This document shows, one piece after another, positions 12,934 through 26,830 of a stretch of DNA of 64,000 nucleotides. Origin of the DNA: Eledone cirrhosa (taxonomy: Eukaryota). Made by a program: the position numbers and the translations under genes. The DNA lies in the NCBI GenBank assembly GCA_964016885.1, contig CAXHJY010001225.1:1-64000 (forward strand), given 5' to 3'. The notes below the pieces were generated by a model that had not been told where the DNA came from, searched no databases, and saw nothing but the letters and a program-made list of their open reading frames with translations. Position 1 is the stretch's first letter. Each line of letters starts with the position of its first letter.

Positions 12934-15085
12934 CTATCCGTTAGGGTATAACGTGGGGCTGTAATACAGGAAAGTTTTGTGCAATTTATGTTTACAAGCC
13001 GAAATTGCCTCAGATTTTTTGTTTAAGATGTGGTCTGTGGCGTAGAGTATTTCCAGGGCCTCAGCGGCGCAGAGGTCACATGGTCTTTTATTTCCGTTAT
13101 ACGATCTAGCCCTAGCTAGGATCTCCCAGTGTAACTTATATTGGGTGTGGTTGTCTTTTAGACTCCAGATATGAGCTGAAAGTGACGTCATATTCCTTCT
13201 TAGAGGGTAACGAAAAGAATGGGTATGCATGTAAAGAGGCTGCTTGAAACTATTGGCGATTACCCCTATGTAGGCCCTACGGGACGTGGGTGTTACAACC
13301 TTACATTTGTAGACAATGTTACTAGAGAGGCATTTCCCGGATAGGGGACAAACAGCCCGATTCCTACAATTACAGTTAGTACTAACTACAGGGTTGCACG
13401 TGTTCCTACGGCTAGGTAGTTTAGCTAAATTTGAAGCTGTGATGTTATGTGCAAGGTTAGGAGTCGTAGAGTAAGAAATTTTAATAGTGTTTCTATTAAA
13501 CATTTTACTATATTTATGTGTAGGGGGAAAATGCTTCGTAATAAGGGAAAGAAAGGTCTTAGCTAAAGGTGTGGCCACCTCCATATTATATAGTGGGTTA
13601 AACCAACAAATGCGACGGGATCTATTTCTTCTAGGTCTATTCTCGTACTCTGTATATGCTACCTTAACGACAAATCCACTTCGAGCAAGAGCTTCATTGT
13701 AATAAGTGGAATGGTCGTTGAAAATGCGCTCGTTGGTGGAAAGACGGGAAAGCCTCAACGAAACGTTTTTTACCAGGTTCTTGGTTATGCTGGCAGGATG
13801 GTTGGAATGCTTACTTATGTAATTAAGCGTATCGTTCGGCTTTCTATACGGGTAATACAACCCATTCAATAAATTGAGGGTAACGTCTAGGTAATTAACG
13901 ACCGAGAGATTGGCCTCAACCTGTATAGAGAGGTTGAAGCCTTTAAAGAAGGCTGTGAGTTCTTTCCTGAATCTGTCGCAAGCACGAGGTCCGCACTTAG
14001 TCCTGGTCAAAAGACCATCGTCACGGTACAAACCACCGCCCGTGTTGGGGAATTCGTCCTTGATAGAGAAAAGAAGGAAAAGACCAATAAGATCAGTAAC
14101 CTCCGCAGAGTCACTGGCGCCCATACTCACGTCGAATGGGGTACTATTGGATTTTTTAATCCAAATAGAGTCGTCGAAATTAATCACCGACTTTCGGGCA
14201 TTAAGGATGACATCAACTTCGAAATCCTTAACCACTGTGAGTGTTTTAGCGAAATTGATAGCTCTAAGGAGAAGTGGTAAAGTGATGGAGGAGTAGTAAT
14301 TGTTGATGTCGAATTGGATAAAACGGCAATGTTCCTTGTTACATATGCCGTTGAACCAATCAATCACCGCGAAAGAATTGTTCCACAGTGCGAGAGGGGC
14401 CAAACTTCTAATTTCAGGTATAATTCTATCAAGAATCTTTTTACTAAGTCTACCTAAATCGGACTTCGTAGGGTTAATAAGCCGAATAGAGGGGTTGTTC
14501 GGAAAATTGGATTTGTGATCCTTCAGGGTAAAGTGGGGAGAGATAGGGTCCAGAAGTTCGGTCGGGTCCAGGATGTTGAGATCAGATGTGATTTTAAACC
14601 CAGCATCGTTGATTTCATTGATGACACACCGATTAGTTTTACGGTAATCCTTAGTTACAGCATTATGTAGTAGTTGATGGTAAGTACTGCGCTCCACTTG
14701 ATATAGGTTGCCAGTTTTGTCGGAATGGACGTTCACGGCGTTAGAATCCTTAATAGAACGAATTCTATTCTTCAGGTCTTGCTGGAAGGAATTGCTCCTA
14801 TTCCGAAATTTGATACTCCGAATGAGTTCCAATACATCATTTTCGAAGGGTAGCAATGCTGGGTTCCACGGAGGCTTATTATAGGTTTTAAATCCAAATT
14901 TGTCCTGTTTGTTGTCTGCTTTTCGCGGATTATCGAAATAAATGGCACGCCAACGCAACCTTTTAATGAACGCGTCTGTTTTCTGTATCAGGAGTTTTAG
15001 GTATGTTTTCCTGCTTGGTACGGGTATGTTTTTGTAGAAATATTCAGATGTTGTTTCTGCATGATGAATATAAGTCAGTAGAGTG
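12934..15085 (-). CDS. Penelope RT + zinc-binding region + GIY-YIG (YRDD type; probably 'Hydra'-like clade)
   Basis: KNIPVPS, TLKDHK, RLINPTKSDLG, FIQFDI, FDVSMG, GLYRDDGL, CNCR..CPLSGKCL, IVYKC..YIG and CDLC..E motifs, with no stops. The ORF call upstream of ~15085 runs into the inverted pLTR. Confidence 0.88.
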
Positions 15086-15588
15086 CTCAACCGAAGGTAC
15101 CTATGGTAAGGTTTTGCGTATGCTTGTGTATGTACGTATCTGTTTGCGTGTATGTATTTATTTGTTTCTATTACTTCTGTATTGTATTTATTTACTTTGT
15201 TCTTAACTCTGTAGCGGAGATTCATTCGGTCTCCTAGTTAGAATGTTAGTCTACAACTTCTGCTATACCATTTACGTGGTTTTGTCTTTGTGCTATTATT
15301 CTCAACGCTCCACATATGACTTATTATCTTCGTTTTTTCGTTCATTGCCAGAGAACGTCTCTATGCACCACTTAGAGAACATTAGTCTACGACCTCTTTT
15401 ATACCATAAACGTGGTTCTGTCTTTGCGCGTAATTGTTTTTCACCGCTCCTATTAATGACGTATTATTCGTTTTTTCCCGTTCTTTGCCAGCGAACGTCA
15501 CCACGAACCAAAGTATCGTCTTCCTGTCTTCCTCCGGTTGCAACGTTTTTTGAAATATCCAGTTCTGCGTTTACAGATTGACTTTGTT

Positions 15589-15639
15589 AGTTTCAGAAGA
15601 TCCCGTTAAGGGTGAAAGCAGCGATTCTTTGCTTAAACT
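15589..15639 (+). ncRNA. Hammerhead ribozyme (U4A variant) in the PLE2 inverted pLTR
   Basis: Mirror of 12090-12140. Confidence 0.68.
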
Positions 15640-15659
15640 TTAATCTGTTATTTTAATAA

Positions 15660-15690
<31 letters not shown>

Positions 15691-15717
15691 TACATACATA
15701 TACATATATATATACAT

Positions 15718-15754
<37 letters not shown>

Positions 15755-16034
15755 TATACACATATACATATATAGTTGCTGACCATTGGAAAGATACATA
15801 GGTCATGGCACGTTGATAGATAGGTCGGTGGTTAGATTGTGAAGGAGGAAGAGAGACAGATAGATAGACAGATAAATAGATAGATAGATATAAATAGATA
15901 GAGAGAGAGAAAGTAAATGCGAGAAATCTATCTATCTATTGCTCTTGCAATAGTTCATATGCTACCCAAGATACGCTCATGGAATGACTAAATGAGATTT
16001 ATTTTTCAATATAGAACATAGAAAGAAACAATGC

Positions 16035-16312
16035 ACTTAATATTAATTGTTTCTACTTTTGACACAAGGCCAGCAATTATCTCAGTGTATTACTGGTACT
16101 TTATTTTATCGACCCCGTAAGGATGAAAGGCAAAGTTAACCGCGGTGGGATTTGAACTCAGACGATAAAGGGCCGTAACTCTTTGCTGCAAAGCATGGCG
16201 TCCGTCACTCTACTGATACTGCCAATCCACCGCCCTTAACAATGCACTTAATATTAATTGTTTCTACTTTTGGCACAAGGCCAGCAATTAACCAGTGTAT
16301 TACTGGTACTTT
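16035..16312 (-). mobile_element. tRNA-derived octopod-type SINE (one full copy plus a partial duplicate)
   Basis: Minus strand ggcggtggattggcag..gagttcaaatcc (B box)..gcctttcatccttacggggtcgataaaataaagtaccag..tgctggccttgtg. Confidence 0.8.
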
Positions 16313-16493
16313 TAAAATTAATTCAAGCAAGATTTCACAGCTCAAGGAAATCATGTCATATACGCTTGGGCCAATACTGGCCGAAACCTATCAAAGTTAT
16401 ACTAAGACTTGTGTGCACTTACGCATACACATATACATATACACACATACCCAAACATACAAACACACATGTACACACATATACACGGACTCT

Positions 16494-16862
<369 letters not shown>

Positions 16863-17458
16863 CTAAACTATAAGAAAGGAAGGTCTACGGGACTGCGTAT
16901 TGTTTATTTTTTTTTATCCCGTTAGTAAAATAAGTTGGATTAATTTGAATAAATAATGAATGAATTTTACATAATTTATCTACTAAATTTCGTAAATAAA
17001 AATAATTTTGTAAAAATAAATAATTTAAAATTGACTTCTTTTCAAAGTAGCACTTCCGGTATATAGTTGCCACCACCACTACTTCAACTACCATATATAT
17101 AAAAAGAGATAGTGTGTGATGTCAACACTTCCGGTGGCGATCACTTAAATAAACATACTAATTTTCTGTCACTAACTTTCTCCTAATGCAGTTTATATAT
17201 AATATCGTCTTTTTTTAATGTATCATGGATTACGTTACTGATTACATAAGACAGTGTAACAACGTCTTCGTTCAATTTCCGTTTACATTGTCAATTACGA
17301 TTTTATTTGATGGATCATATCTACATGTATATATACTTGCGTATAATATCAATATACACACTACACATGCTAGCAGAAAACCACCCGAGGGTGGTTTTTC
17401 TGCTTCTATATATAATAATACAATACGATTTTTGAAGCCTTCATTACGTTTATTGATT

Positions 17459-17543
17459 GGTGACGTGCGTTTCGCTATTGAACAGCTCAAGTTTCGATCT
17501 GTATCTATCTGACCCGACTCTGGAATCAAATCCTTGTCGGACC
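17459..17543 (-). ncRNA. Degenerate hammerhead-like motif with long stem II, family E
   Basis: ggt CCGACAA ...gattccagagtcggg...ttgagctg..agc GAAA cgcacg TC acc. Homologous to 24267-24353. Confidence 0.4.
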
Positions 17544-17599
17544 TCTGCTGTTGTGTTCGCCTGGATGAACCTGCAGCAACTTCACGTTACACTCCCTGG

Positions 17600-17698
<99 letters not shown>

Positions 17699-18895
17699 CA
17701 ACCCACGATGCTCTTATTAATCCTCTTTATTTTATGAAATAACTGCAGTTGATTATATGGTCATCATTAATTTATATCCTGAGTTGAACATTTGTTGTTG
17801 TTTATCCACAGATCTAACAGATGTATGCTCAAATGCAGCGAGACATTGTTAAAGATATTTCGACCCATAACATTGTTGTTTGTAAGAAATTAGGTTGCTA
17901 TTGGTAGTATGTTTATCCACCATTTTATGACCAACTTTCTATCGTTGTTTTTGTTGCAACAAAACATATTTAACTGTTAAAACATACTTTACTATTCAAA
18001 CATACTTTACTGTTAAATAACCAAATTATTCTTCATTTTCATGAAAAATTAAAATTTGATTTCTGTGAGATTTGGCTACTATATCATGACAGCCGTACAT
18101 CAAAGTAATGGTTACCGATTTGACTGAATTTTCTTTATTTATTAAACAAATTTAAACAAACGTAGAGTGTTAATAACCATTGACCCATTAGAGACCTATC
18201 TAATACTCTCATAACTAAGATACAAAAATGAGAGAGAAAGAGAGTAAAGATAAACGAAAGAAAAGGAAACCAAAGGAAAAAGGAGTCAAAATAAGACACA
18301 GGGTGGAAAATATGGACTGCTGTAAAGCAGTTAAATATTTCTGGTGTTGAATGCTTTCGTCGCCTCTATCTACTGGAAAATTTTGTTTATGGTTGACAGT
18401 ATAATGCACGTTCAAACTTAATAGTCTTTTAAAGACCAGTTTCAAGAGGTTCCCTCTTGTAGTTTTTAAACTGGAACAATTTGTTTTTGTTATTTTTGTT
18501 GCTTCTGTTGTTATTGTTGTTGCTGTGTTTGCCGCTGCTATTGTTATTGTTGTTGTTGTTATAGTTATTTTTAACTATTTGTTGTTGTTTAATGCTGTTT
18601 TTAATTATCTTCTCTTTGCTTTGTAGTGATATCGTTGTGTCCATTTTGAACTGGCATGTTTGAAGTAATTCGTTAGTATTGCGGCTGGTGTATTTATGTT
18701 GAGTCATGGTTTTGAAACTTCTTTGACTTTGTGGAGCACAGAAGATCAAATAAAATCATTGACGCTCTTCGTATAGAAAAATAAAAGAAAATGTTTAAAA
18801 CGTAGAAAAAATATAGAAGACCAAAGCACACTTTGCTTTGTTAATCTTATTTGTGTATAATAAAATAATGGATAGCACGTTTTGAAAGATGCTTA

Positions 18896-19238
18896 AGCAT
18901 TAGCATGAATTTTATATATGCTTTGATTTCACTTTTTAATGAAATTTCACACTTCTAGATAACCTCTGTGATGCACCAATGCGTAGCGGTGCACCTTTTG
19001 TGAACGACTGAAATAAAGTGTCTCTAGTAACCCCGAGTGGGGTGTGAAATCAAAACCTTTTCAGTAGTCATTCTAAGCTAATATTAAGATTTATTTTTTC
19101 TATTTTTACTGTCATTTTCCCGCACCTCATTTTTTAACCACTTCATTTCTTCACTACCACCACCAAGGGTTATCTAGAAGTGACAAATTTTATAAAACAA
19201 AATGTAATCAAAGTATTTATAAAATTCATGCTAATGTT
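18896..19238. mobile_element. MITE-like element with ~75-bp imperfect terminal inverted repeats
   Basis: agcattagcatgaattttata...cacttctagataacc pairs with ggttatctagaagtg...tataaaattcatgctaatgtt. Confidence 0.6.
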
Positions 19239-19598
19239 AAACGTCAACCAGTCCAACAGACATTCTTTATAGATCAATGATTGCACAATAAAGTCTTCCT
19301 ACTGTAAGCAATGACCTTCTCTTATCATATCAAATATTTTCTAACTACAAAAAGAAAATATTTTAAATATGCACACCGTTGTCCAACAAAAATAAACAGC
19401 AGCAGCTGTAACGACGCCTACATTAACAACAGCAGCAATATCAACAGCAAAAACAATAATCAGCAACAACAGCAAAATAAATACCAACAGCAACAACATT
19501 AATACCTAGAGTAACAACAACAATATTGTCATGGCGGAACTATATATATAGACTCACACATACATACATACATACATACATACATACATACATACATA

Positions 19599-20970
19599 AC
19601 AACATCGGAACACCATACTAAACAACACCGGAAACTTCCACATCAACAGTGACATAGACCGCCTTTACTTGAAACGTAAGCAGGGAGGCAGAAGCCTAAC
19701 ATCAGTCCAGACAACATTTGAATGTCGCATCATATCTCTCCGACAACATCTACGAACCTCGAAGTATAGGAGCCCGTTTCTCGAGCAAGTCTATCTGCAT
19801 GAAACAGGTAAGATCAAGAGAGTTGGGAAGGAACTCCTCGAGAGATATTGCCTGTGTGATAATCAAAAACTCACACCCAGGGATGTCACTCAGCAGTATC
19901 GCAGCGAATTCATGGATAAAAAACTACATGCTTATGAGCAAATAATCATGCATGGATATGTTGCTAGGAAACTCCAGAGTGAGAGTAATATAGATAAGGA
20001 AAGTAGTCTATCTTGGACCAACAACCTCTATATTGGCTCCCACTTTGAAGGATACGCTTTTGCAATCCAGGAACAGGAGATTAGCACGAAATACCTGATT
20101 CACAAAAGAGATAAAGATGCAGGCAAAACACCTAAATGTGATAACAAGTGCAGACTCTGCAGAACTAACATCGAGAATATCATCCATATCATCAGCAGAT
20201 GTCCAAAGATGTCATTGCTGTACTATCTACCTATGAGGCATGATCTAGTGGCCAAAACACTGTACAATGCAGCTCGTAAAAAAGATAGCCCCGATAATAA
20301 ACACATTAAAAGCTACAGCAATGTGGAAGGCATCCATGTACATAATATGAAAGAGTACTGGTGGAATGTTCCAGTAAAAACCCCAAAAGAATGCAGGCAT
20401 AACAGACCAGTTATTATGATATGGGACAGGGAGAAGAAAGCATGCACAGTAGTGGAAATTAGCTGCCCAGCAGACGCCAATATAATATCAAAGATTAGAG
20501 AAAAGGAGAATATTTATGCAGAATTGATGAGAAATCTGCAGATACTCCACCCTGATTACACCTTCAGATTTATGCCTGTGATTATTGGGGCACTGGGGTA
20601 TGTTAGTAACTGCCTCAATACAAATCTTGAGAAGCTAGGCTTCACAGGAGCAGGAAGAACACAACTAGTTAGGAAATTACAAGTACAATACATTAGTGGA
20701 ACAGTAAAAATATGTAAAACATTCCTAAAATGTTGCATCTAATAACTGCATATACACCTGTACAGATGCAAAGCATATAAACATGCACACATACAACTCA
20801 AAACCTACACATCCACACATACAATAACATCCATATCTACACATGCATGCATACATACATATCTACCTAGTTGATGTTGTGTAAATTCCAATGAGAGAGT
20901 CTTGTGTCTATGTTAGAAACCGACTCTCTCGCTATTGGTAAAACTTTGTGAAATTATAAAACCAGAAGAA
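19599..20970 (+). mobile_element. R4/Dong-type (RLE) non-LTR retrotransposon, 5'-truncated
   Basis: H...DRLYLKRKQGGRSL, CRLC..E..HIISRC zinc knuckle, RHD, NRPxIMIWD..EISCP, KENIY and PVIIGALG motifs. Flanked on both sides by (CATA)n. Confidence 0.88.
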
Positions 20971-20992
20971 CATACATACATACATACATGCA

Positions 20993-21063
<71 letters not shown>

Positions 21064-21153
21064 TACTTTATAATATAAACATACTCTCCTACCCCAAGTT
21101 TAGAGTACTCTGTTGAGTAATGGTCTAACCAGTTTCTAACTGATTCTACACTG

Positions 21154-21533
<380 letters not shown>

Positions 21534-21968
21534 CATGTGAGATTAGCACCCTTATAGTATGGAAATAAACTGTCTGAAGATCTAATTTTTTCCATTGGAA
21601 ATTCTCTGGATTTCCAATCTTTGGATTAGTGAAACCGTCGGTAACAGCAACAGAACAGGTGATCATTTAAATCGTTTTTTAATTTATTTAAAGGATTGTT
21701 TGATAATTGTTTGCTCAGCTCATTTTTATATATATATTATATATATATTTATATATATACATGTATATATATAAATATGTATACAAATATATTACACAGA
21801 GAGTAGTGTGTTACACATTGAGATGTGTGTAAACAATTATTACATGTGAGTTTAACCGATACTGTATGGAGAACAATAACTACAGGTTAGCAATTAAATA
21901 GAACAAAACCTAAGTCAGAATCAAATCTCTGAAGTAGAGTTTTAAATTACTAACCTTATAACTATAAT

Positions 21969-22044
21969 CTTGCTGATACGAATTTAGTTCGTTTCACCAC
22001 CGAAATGTGCAGTATAACAGCCCATAGGATCCTCAATCAGCAAG
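21969..22044 (-). ncRNA. Hammerhead ribozyme family D, C3U-altered mirror copy
   Basis: cttgctga TTGAGGA ... GAAA cgaactaaattcg TA tcagcaag. Confidence 0.6.
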
Positions 22045-22304
22045 TATGGGTACTGTCCACCACACATCTAGCCTAATGGATAGAGAGAAAGCTAATAACA
22101 TGCTGCCCAGAGTAGGGCGAAATCACGTGTTATATGCGTCAAATAACGACTCTCATGAATTGGGGAAAATGGTAGAGAGAGCAGGCCAATTCATGAGAGC
22201 CGTTATTTGACGCATATAACACGTGATTTCGTCCTACTCTGGGCAGCATGTTATTAGCTTTCTCTCTATCCATTAGGCTAGATGTTTGGTGAACAGTACC
22301 CATA

Positions 22305-22380
22305 CTTGCTGACTGAGGAACCTATGGGCTGTTATACTGCACATTTCGGTGGTGAAACGAACTAAATTCGTATCAGCAAG
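22305..22380 (+). ncRNA. Type I hammerhead ribozyme, family D
   Basis: cttgctga CTGAGGA acc...ggt GAAA cgaa-ctaaa-ttcg TA tcagcaag. 8-bp stem I and a fully closed stem III. Cleavage after 22372. Confidence 0.85.
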
Positions 22381-22628
22381 ACTATAGTTATAAGGTTAGT
22401 AATTTAAAACTCTACTTCAGAGATTTGATTCTGACTTAGGTTTTGTTCTATTTAATTGCTAACCTGTAGTTATTGTTCTCCATACAGTATCGGTTAAACT
22501 CACATGTAATAATGTTTTACACACATCTCACTGTGTAACACACTTCTCTCTGTGTAATATATTTGTATTTGAGCTCAGATGAAAATTCTCTGTTCTTCTT
22601 CGAGCTAGTATTATTATTATTACTGTAA

Positions 22629-22822
22629 GGCGGTGGATTGCCAGTATCGGTAGAGGGTCGGACGCCATGCTTTGACGCATAGAGTTACGGCCCTTGCCAT
22701 TCTGAGTTCAAATCCCGCCGAAGTTAACTTTGCCTTTCATCCTTACGGGGTCGATAAAATAAAGTACCAGTAATACACTGTAAATTGCTGGCCTTGTGCC
22801 TAACGTAGATACAATTATTATT
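22629..22822 (+). mobile_element. tRNA-derived SINE
   Basis: Same family as 16035-16312. Confidence 0.82.
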
Positions 22823-22926
22823 ACTGTGAACTACAGAATAACTTAATTCCGATCTTCGTATATATATATGTATATATATATACATATATACATATATATA
22901 TATGTATATATATATCTGTATGTGTG

Positions 22927-23010
<84 letters not shown>

Positions 23011-23375
23011 ATATATATATATATATATATATTTATCATTTATATGTGTATTTGCAAAACAACACGAGAGCGCGCACAGAAGAGCAAAGCTTCGTCTTAT
23101 CTTTTGTATAATAACATTGTTGGCCACACGTACTCCTGTCTACCCAGACCTATAGAAATCCTTACCTGGTTTTACATACATATTCACTCACACAAACACA
23201 CACGCATGCATACACACACACATATATACTCACACAAATATATGTACATACGTATATATGAACGTGAGTCTATCTAAATAGCTATTTATCTATCGTTATA
23301 GGTCTATGTATATACACGCATATTTTCTCTTCGTGAATGTTTGAATATATAAGCTTTTGTACTTGTATATATACG

Positions 23376-23470
<95 letters not shown>

Positions 23471-23914
23471 ATGCACGCACGCGCGCGCGCACACATATAT
23501 ATATATATATGTATATATGTATTACGTATGTATGCATCAGAAATCCAATAAAGAAAAAAACCACGGAAGAACAAAGACGTTGGTGGTATATATTAGTCTA
23601 ATGCTTGATATATTGGAAAAAGTTACCTAACGCCTTGTCCGACACTTCTTCATCGGAAGATAGAGTGAAAGAGAGAAAAGTGGGATATTTGGGCGAATAG
23701 AGAAATAGGAAAACAGTCGAGGATAATAAGAGTAAGTAACGTAGAAAAGATCTGTGCAGTTATTGAGACATTATGTATGTATATATACATATATACATAT
23801 ATATTTCTTGGTGAGGAGGGTGACTTTGGACATCGTGAAGGACTAAAAACAAAACCTGTCAAAGGGCAAAGGAGCTCTTAAGAGTCAATGGCCATCCAAA
23901 ATCAACGGGAGAGA

Positions 23915-24205
23915 TGACCCCTTAACCTTTGTCAAGGCAGAATTCTAGGAGAAGGAAAACTCTGATATAACACCTTCAACTCTGATGGTATCCAATGATG
24001 TTGACTTGTACTTCTTTTTCGTAAATATCATCTTGGTTAAGAGAGTGGGACTGGCTTTGTGCAGTGCCTTTGCTCACTATAAAAGGTTCACGGCACAGGC
24101 ATTGCTTTATATCTGGAGATCTCTCTGCACTTGTCAGCGCATCGGTAGGGGTTCTCCTATGGATATAAAATAGTGGCCGTACTCGAAAACGAGTTGGCAG
24201 CCACC
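23915..24205 (+). repeat. Dispersed repeat resembling an RTE 5' UTR or RTE-derived SINE, copy 1
   Basis: ctaggagaaggaaaactctgatataa...agagagtggga...gcacaggcattgc...tggccgtactcga. Diverged second copy at 24800-25075. Confidence 0.55.
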
Positions 24206-24266
24206 ATATATATATATATATATATCCAAGGAGTGGATATATATATATATCCATTTCTACTACAGA

Positions 24267-24353
24267 GGTCCGACGAGCTTTTGATTCCAGAGTCGGGCCA
24301 AATCGATGCAGATCGAACCTTGAGCTGATCAGTAGCGAAACACGCGCGTCATC
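24267..24353 (+). ncRNA. Hammerhead-like motif with long stem II, family E
   Basis: ggt CCGACGA gct...agc GAAA cacgcgcg TC atc, between (TA)n tracts. Confidence 0.5.
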
Positions 24354-24799
24354 AACCAATAAATGTAATATATATATATATATACCTGTGTGTGTATGTA
24401 TGTATGTATGTATGTATGTATGTATGTATGTATGTATGTATGCAGTATGTATGTATGTACGCCAAGTATTGTCTTTTGTCCTGCAGGGTGTTCAAAATCA
24501 CGCCCCTCACCAAGTAAACTTGGTGGGGTTGCCGGTTTAGTCGCCGACGACCCGACCATGCGACCGGTTGTACTTGCTTACATGTTACCAGTAGCACACA
24601 AGAGTTATCCGAGTATGGGCGGAAGAACTCATGAGAGTCAACGGCAATCCAAAAGTGTGTAATTATGTATATGCACATGTACATATGTATGTTTACGTAT
24701 ATGTGTATATGCATGGGTGCATGTGTATGTATATGCGCTGGGACATAGAAATAGTCGGGCTGGACACCAGATCGCGTGGTTAAACCACTGGGAGTGAAG

Positions 24800-25075
24800 G
24801 GTCCCTCGCCTTTGTCAGGGCATTCTTCTAGGAGAAGGCAACTCGGGAAACTGGACTAACTCCGATATAAAACCTGCGGCTCAGTAGTTACCGATGATGT
24901 TGATCTTTTCTTCTTTTCGGTTTATAGCTACTGTCGCTCAGAGAGTGGGATTGGCTCAGTGACAGTCTTTCCTCACTTTAAAAAATATCTTCACGCACAG
25001 GCATTGCTCAATAGAATGAATTAATAATGGTATATCGTGTAATGGCCATACTCGATAACGAGGGGGAAGCCATCA
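24800..25075 (+). repeat. Dispersed repeat resembling an RTE 5' UTR or RTE-derived SINE, copy 2
   Basis: Homology to 23915-24205. Confidence 0.55.
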
Positions 25076-25496
25076 TATATGTATGCATGTATGTAATCAC
25101 TCGCGTACAACAGATGGACATACTAAAATTTAAATATTAGACTGAACAGCAATGTTTCGATGGGGTAATCATTTTTGTATGATGCACATATCAAAACACA
25201 CATCGTGCTGAACACTTTACCGAGAAATCCTTGAAAAGTCGGAGTGTTTATGATGTTTGTATGCATTGAAACAAATCACATTTAATTGAGAGCCAAGGCT
25301 AGCCTTTTATGGTTTAGGTCAAAGCTGTACAAGTCCAATACTTGAATAATACTTTATATTATCGACCACGGATGGATGTAGGGCGTAGTCGAATTAAACG
25401 AAATTTGAACTCAGAATGTAAAGTGGCCAAACAATTATCACAATGGCCTTTTATCCGGCACTCAACCAATTCTGCCAATCCACCATCATTTATGCA

Positions 25497-25687
25497 TTGG
25501 ATTGGCAGTATAGGTAAAGGGTCAGATGCTATGCTTTGCAGCATAGAGTTACGGCCCATTATGATCTGAGTTCAAATCCCGCCGAAGTTAACTTTGCCTT
25601 TCATCCTTACGGGGTCGACAAAATAAAGTACCAGTAATGAGCTGGGATAATTGCTGGCCTTGTGCCAAAAATAGATACAATTATTAA
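25497..25687 (+). mobile_element. tRNA-derived SINE (a decayed head-to-head copy lies at ~25364-25486, minus)
   Basis: Family core motif present. Confidence 0.78.
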
Positions 25688-26548
25688 TGCATTGATTAAA
25701 AGTACAATTTAACCCCGAACATTAATATGAGATTGAAGCATGTTAAGAAGGTCTCATTTCCTTAAACCTTATTGATCTAACGATAATATACTGTAATTAT
25801 GAGATATATGTGTGTGCTTGAAAAAATATAAGGGCATATATGTGTGTGTGTGTGTGTGTGTGTGTTTGTGTGTGTGCATGTGTGTATGTGTGTATGTGTG
25901 TTTGTGTATGCGTGTGAGTGTTTGTGTATGAGTGTATGTGTTTCCGTATGTGTGTGTATGTGTGTGTATGTGTGTGTTTGGGTGTCTGTATGTTCATGTG
26001 TGTGTGTCTGTTTGTGTGTATGTGTGTGTGTGCAGATGGGTAGATAGAAAGAGAGAGAGATAGACATTTCTATCATGACAAACAATGAATACAATAGAGA
26101 CAGAGATGGATATAAAATGACCCACAAACATGGCGGATAATGGGATTCATGGAGGAAGGGGAAGTGATGACGCGACGAAGCATGTAAAATCAATAGAAGG
26201 TGATTTATTCAGCCGACAGGAAGTACAGATAAAGACCACCCAATATTCTAAACTATGTATTGGTTATTCAAAAGGGTAATATTAGCTTAAAAACCTATGT
26301 ATTACGTAGAAAACAGGAGCACAAAGGAAAAATATTCCTTGCACAAGCGCTCTGGCGTTCTGGTCACGAATCCCGCCAAAAATTGCCGACTGGTTGTGTT
26401 TTAAAATACTATTACCTACTCACACAATCTACAATCCTAGATTTCACAAAATCTTTTTCGTTGGTAAGATGTGAGAAGTAATAGCATAATTTGATATTGA
26501 TACTATCTGATAATAATAGATTCACACAAAAAAGCAAAGCGACATGTG

Positions 26549-26627
<79 letters not shown>

Positions 26628-26659
26628 GTGTCGGTAGAAGATCGGACAATATACGTGAG

Positions 26660-26830
26660 GCATAGAGTTACGGCCCTTTACGTTCTGGGTTCAAATACCG
26701 CCAAGGTTATCTTTGCCTTTCATCCTTACGGGGTCGATAAAATAAAGCACCAGTAATGTACTGGGGCCGATTTAATTAACTGTTCTTTCCCCAAAAATGG
26801 TTGGCCATGTACCAAAATCAGAAACTATTA
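26660..26830 (+). mobile_element. tRNA-derived SINE, 5'-truncated
   Basis: Family core motif present. Confidence 0.75.

Larger units (their letters stand above)
11981..15660 (-). mobile_element. Penelope-like element PLE2 with an inverted 5' pseudo-LTR
   Basis: RT/GIY-YIG ORF. 15299-15660 is the reverse complement of ~12067-12422, and ~15098-15168 of ~12427-12500. (TA)n on both flanks. Confidence 0.92.
21781..22568. mobile_element. Large fold-back cassette family D
   Basis: Inverted arms 21781-22163 / 22186-22568 (~383 bp, scattered mismatches) with an HHR in each arm. Confidence 0.82.

Noticed and set aside
20885-20940. CCAATGA...GAAAC in the R4 3' UTR as a hammerhead
   Set aside because: The pairing forms a simple hairpin around the GAAA and does not give a three-way HHR junction.
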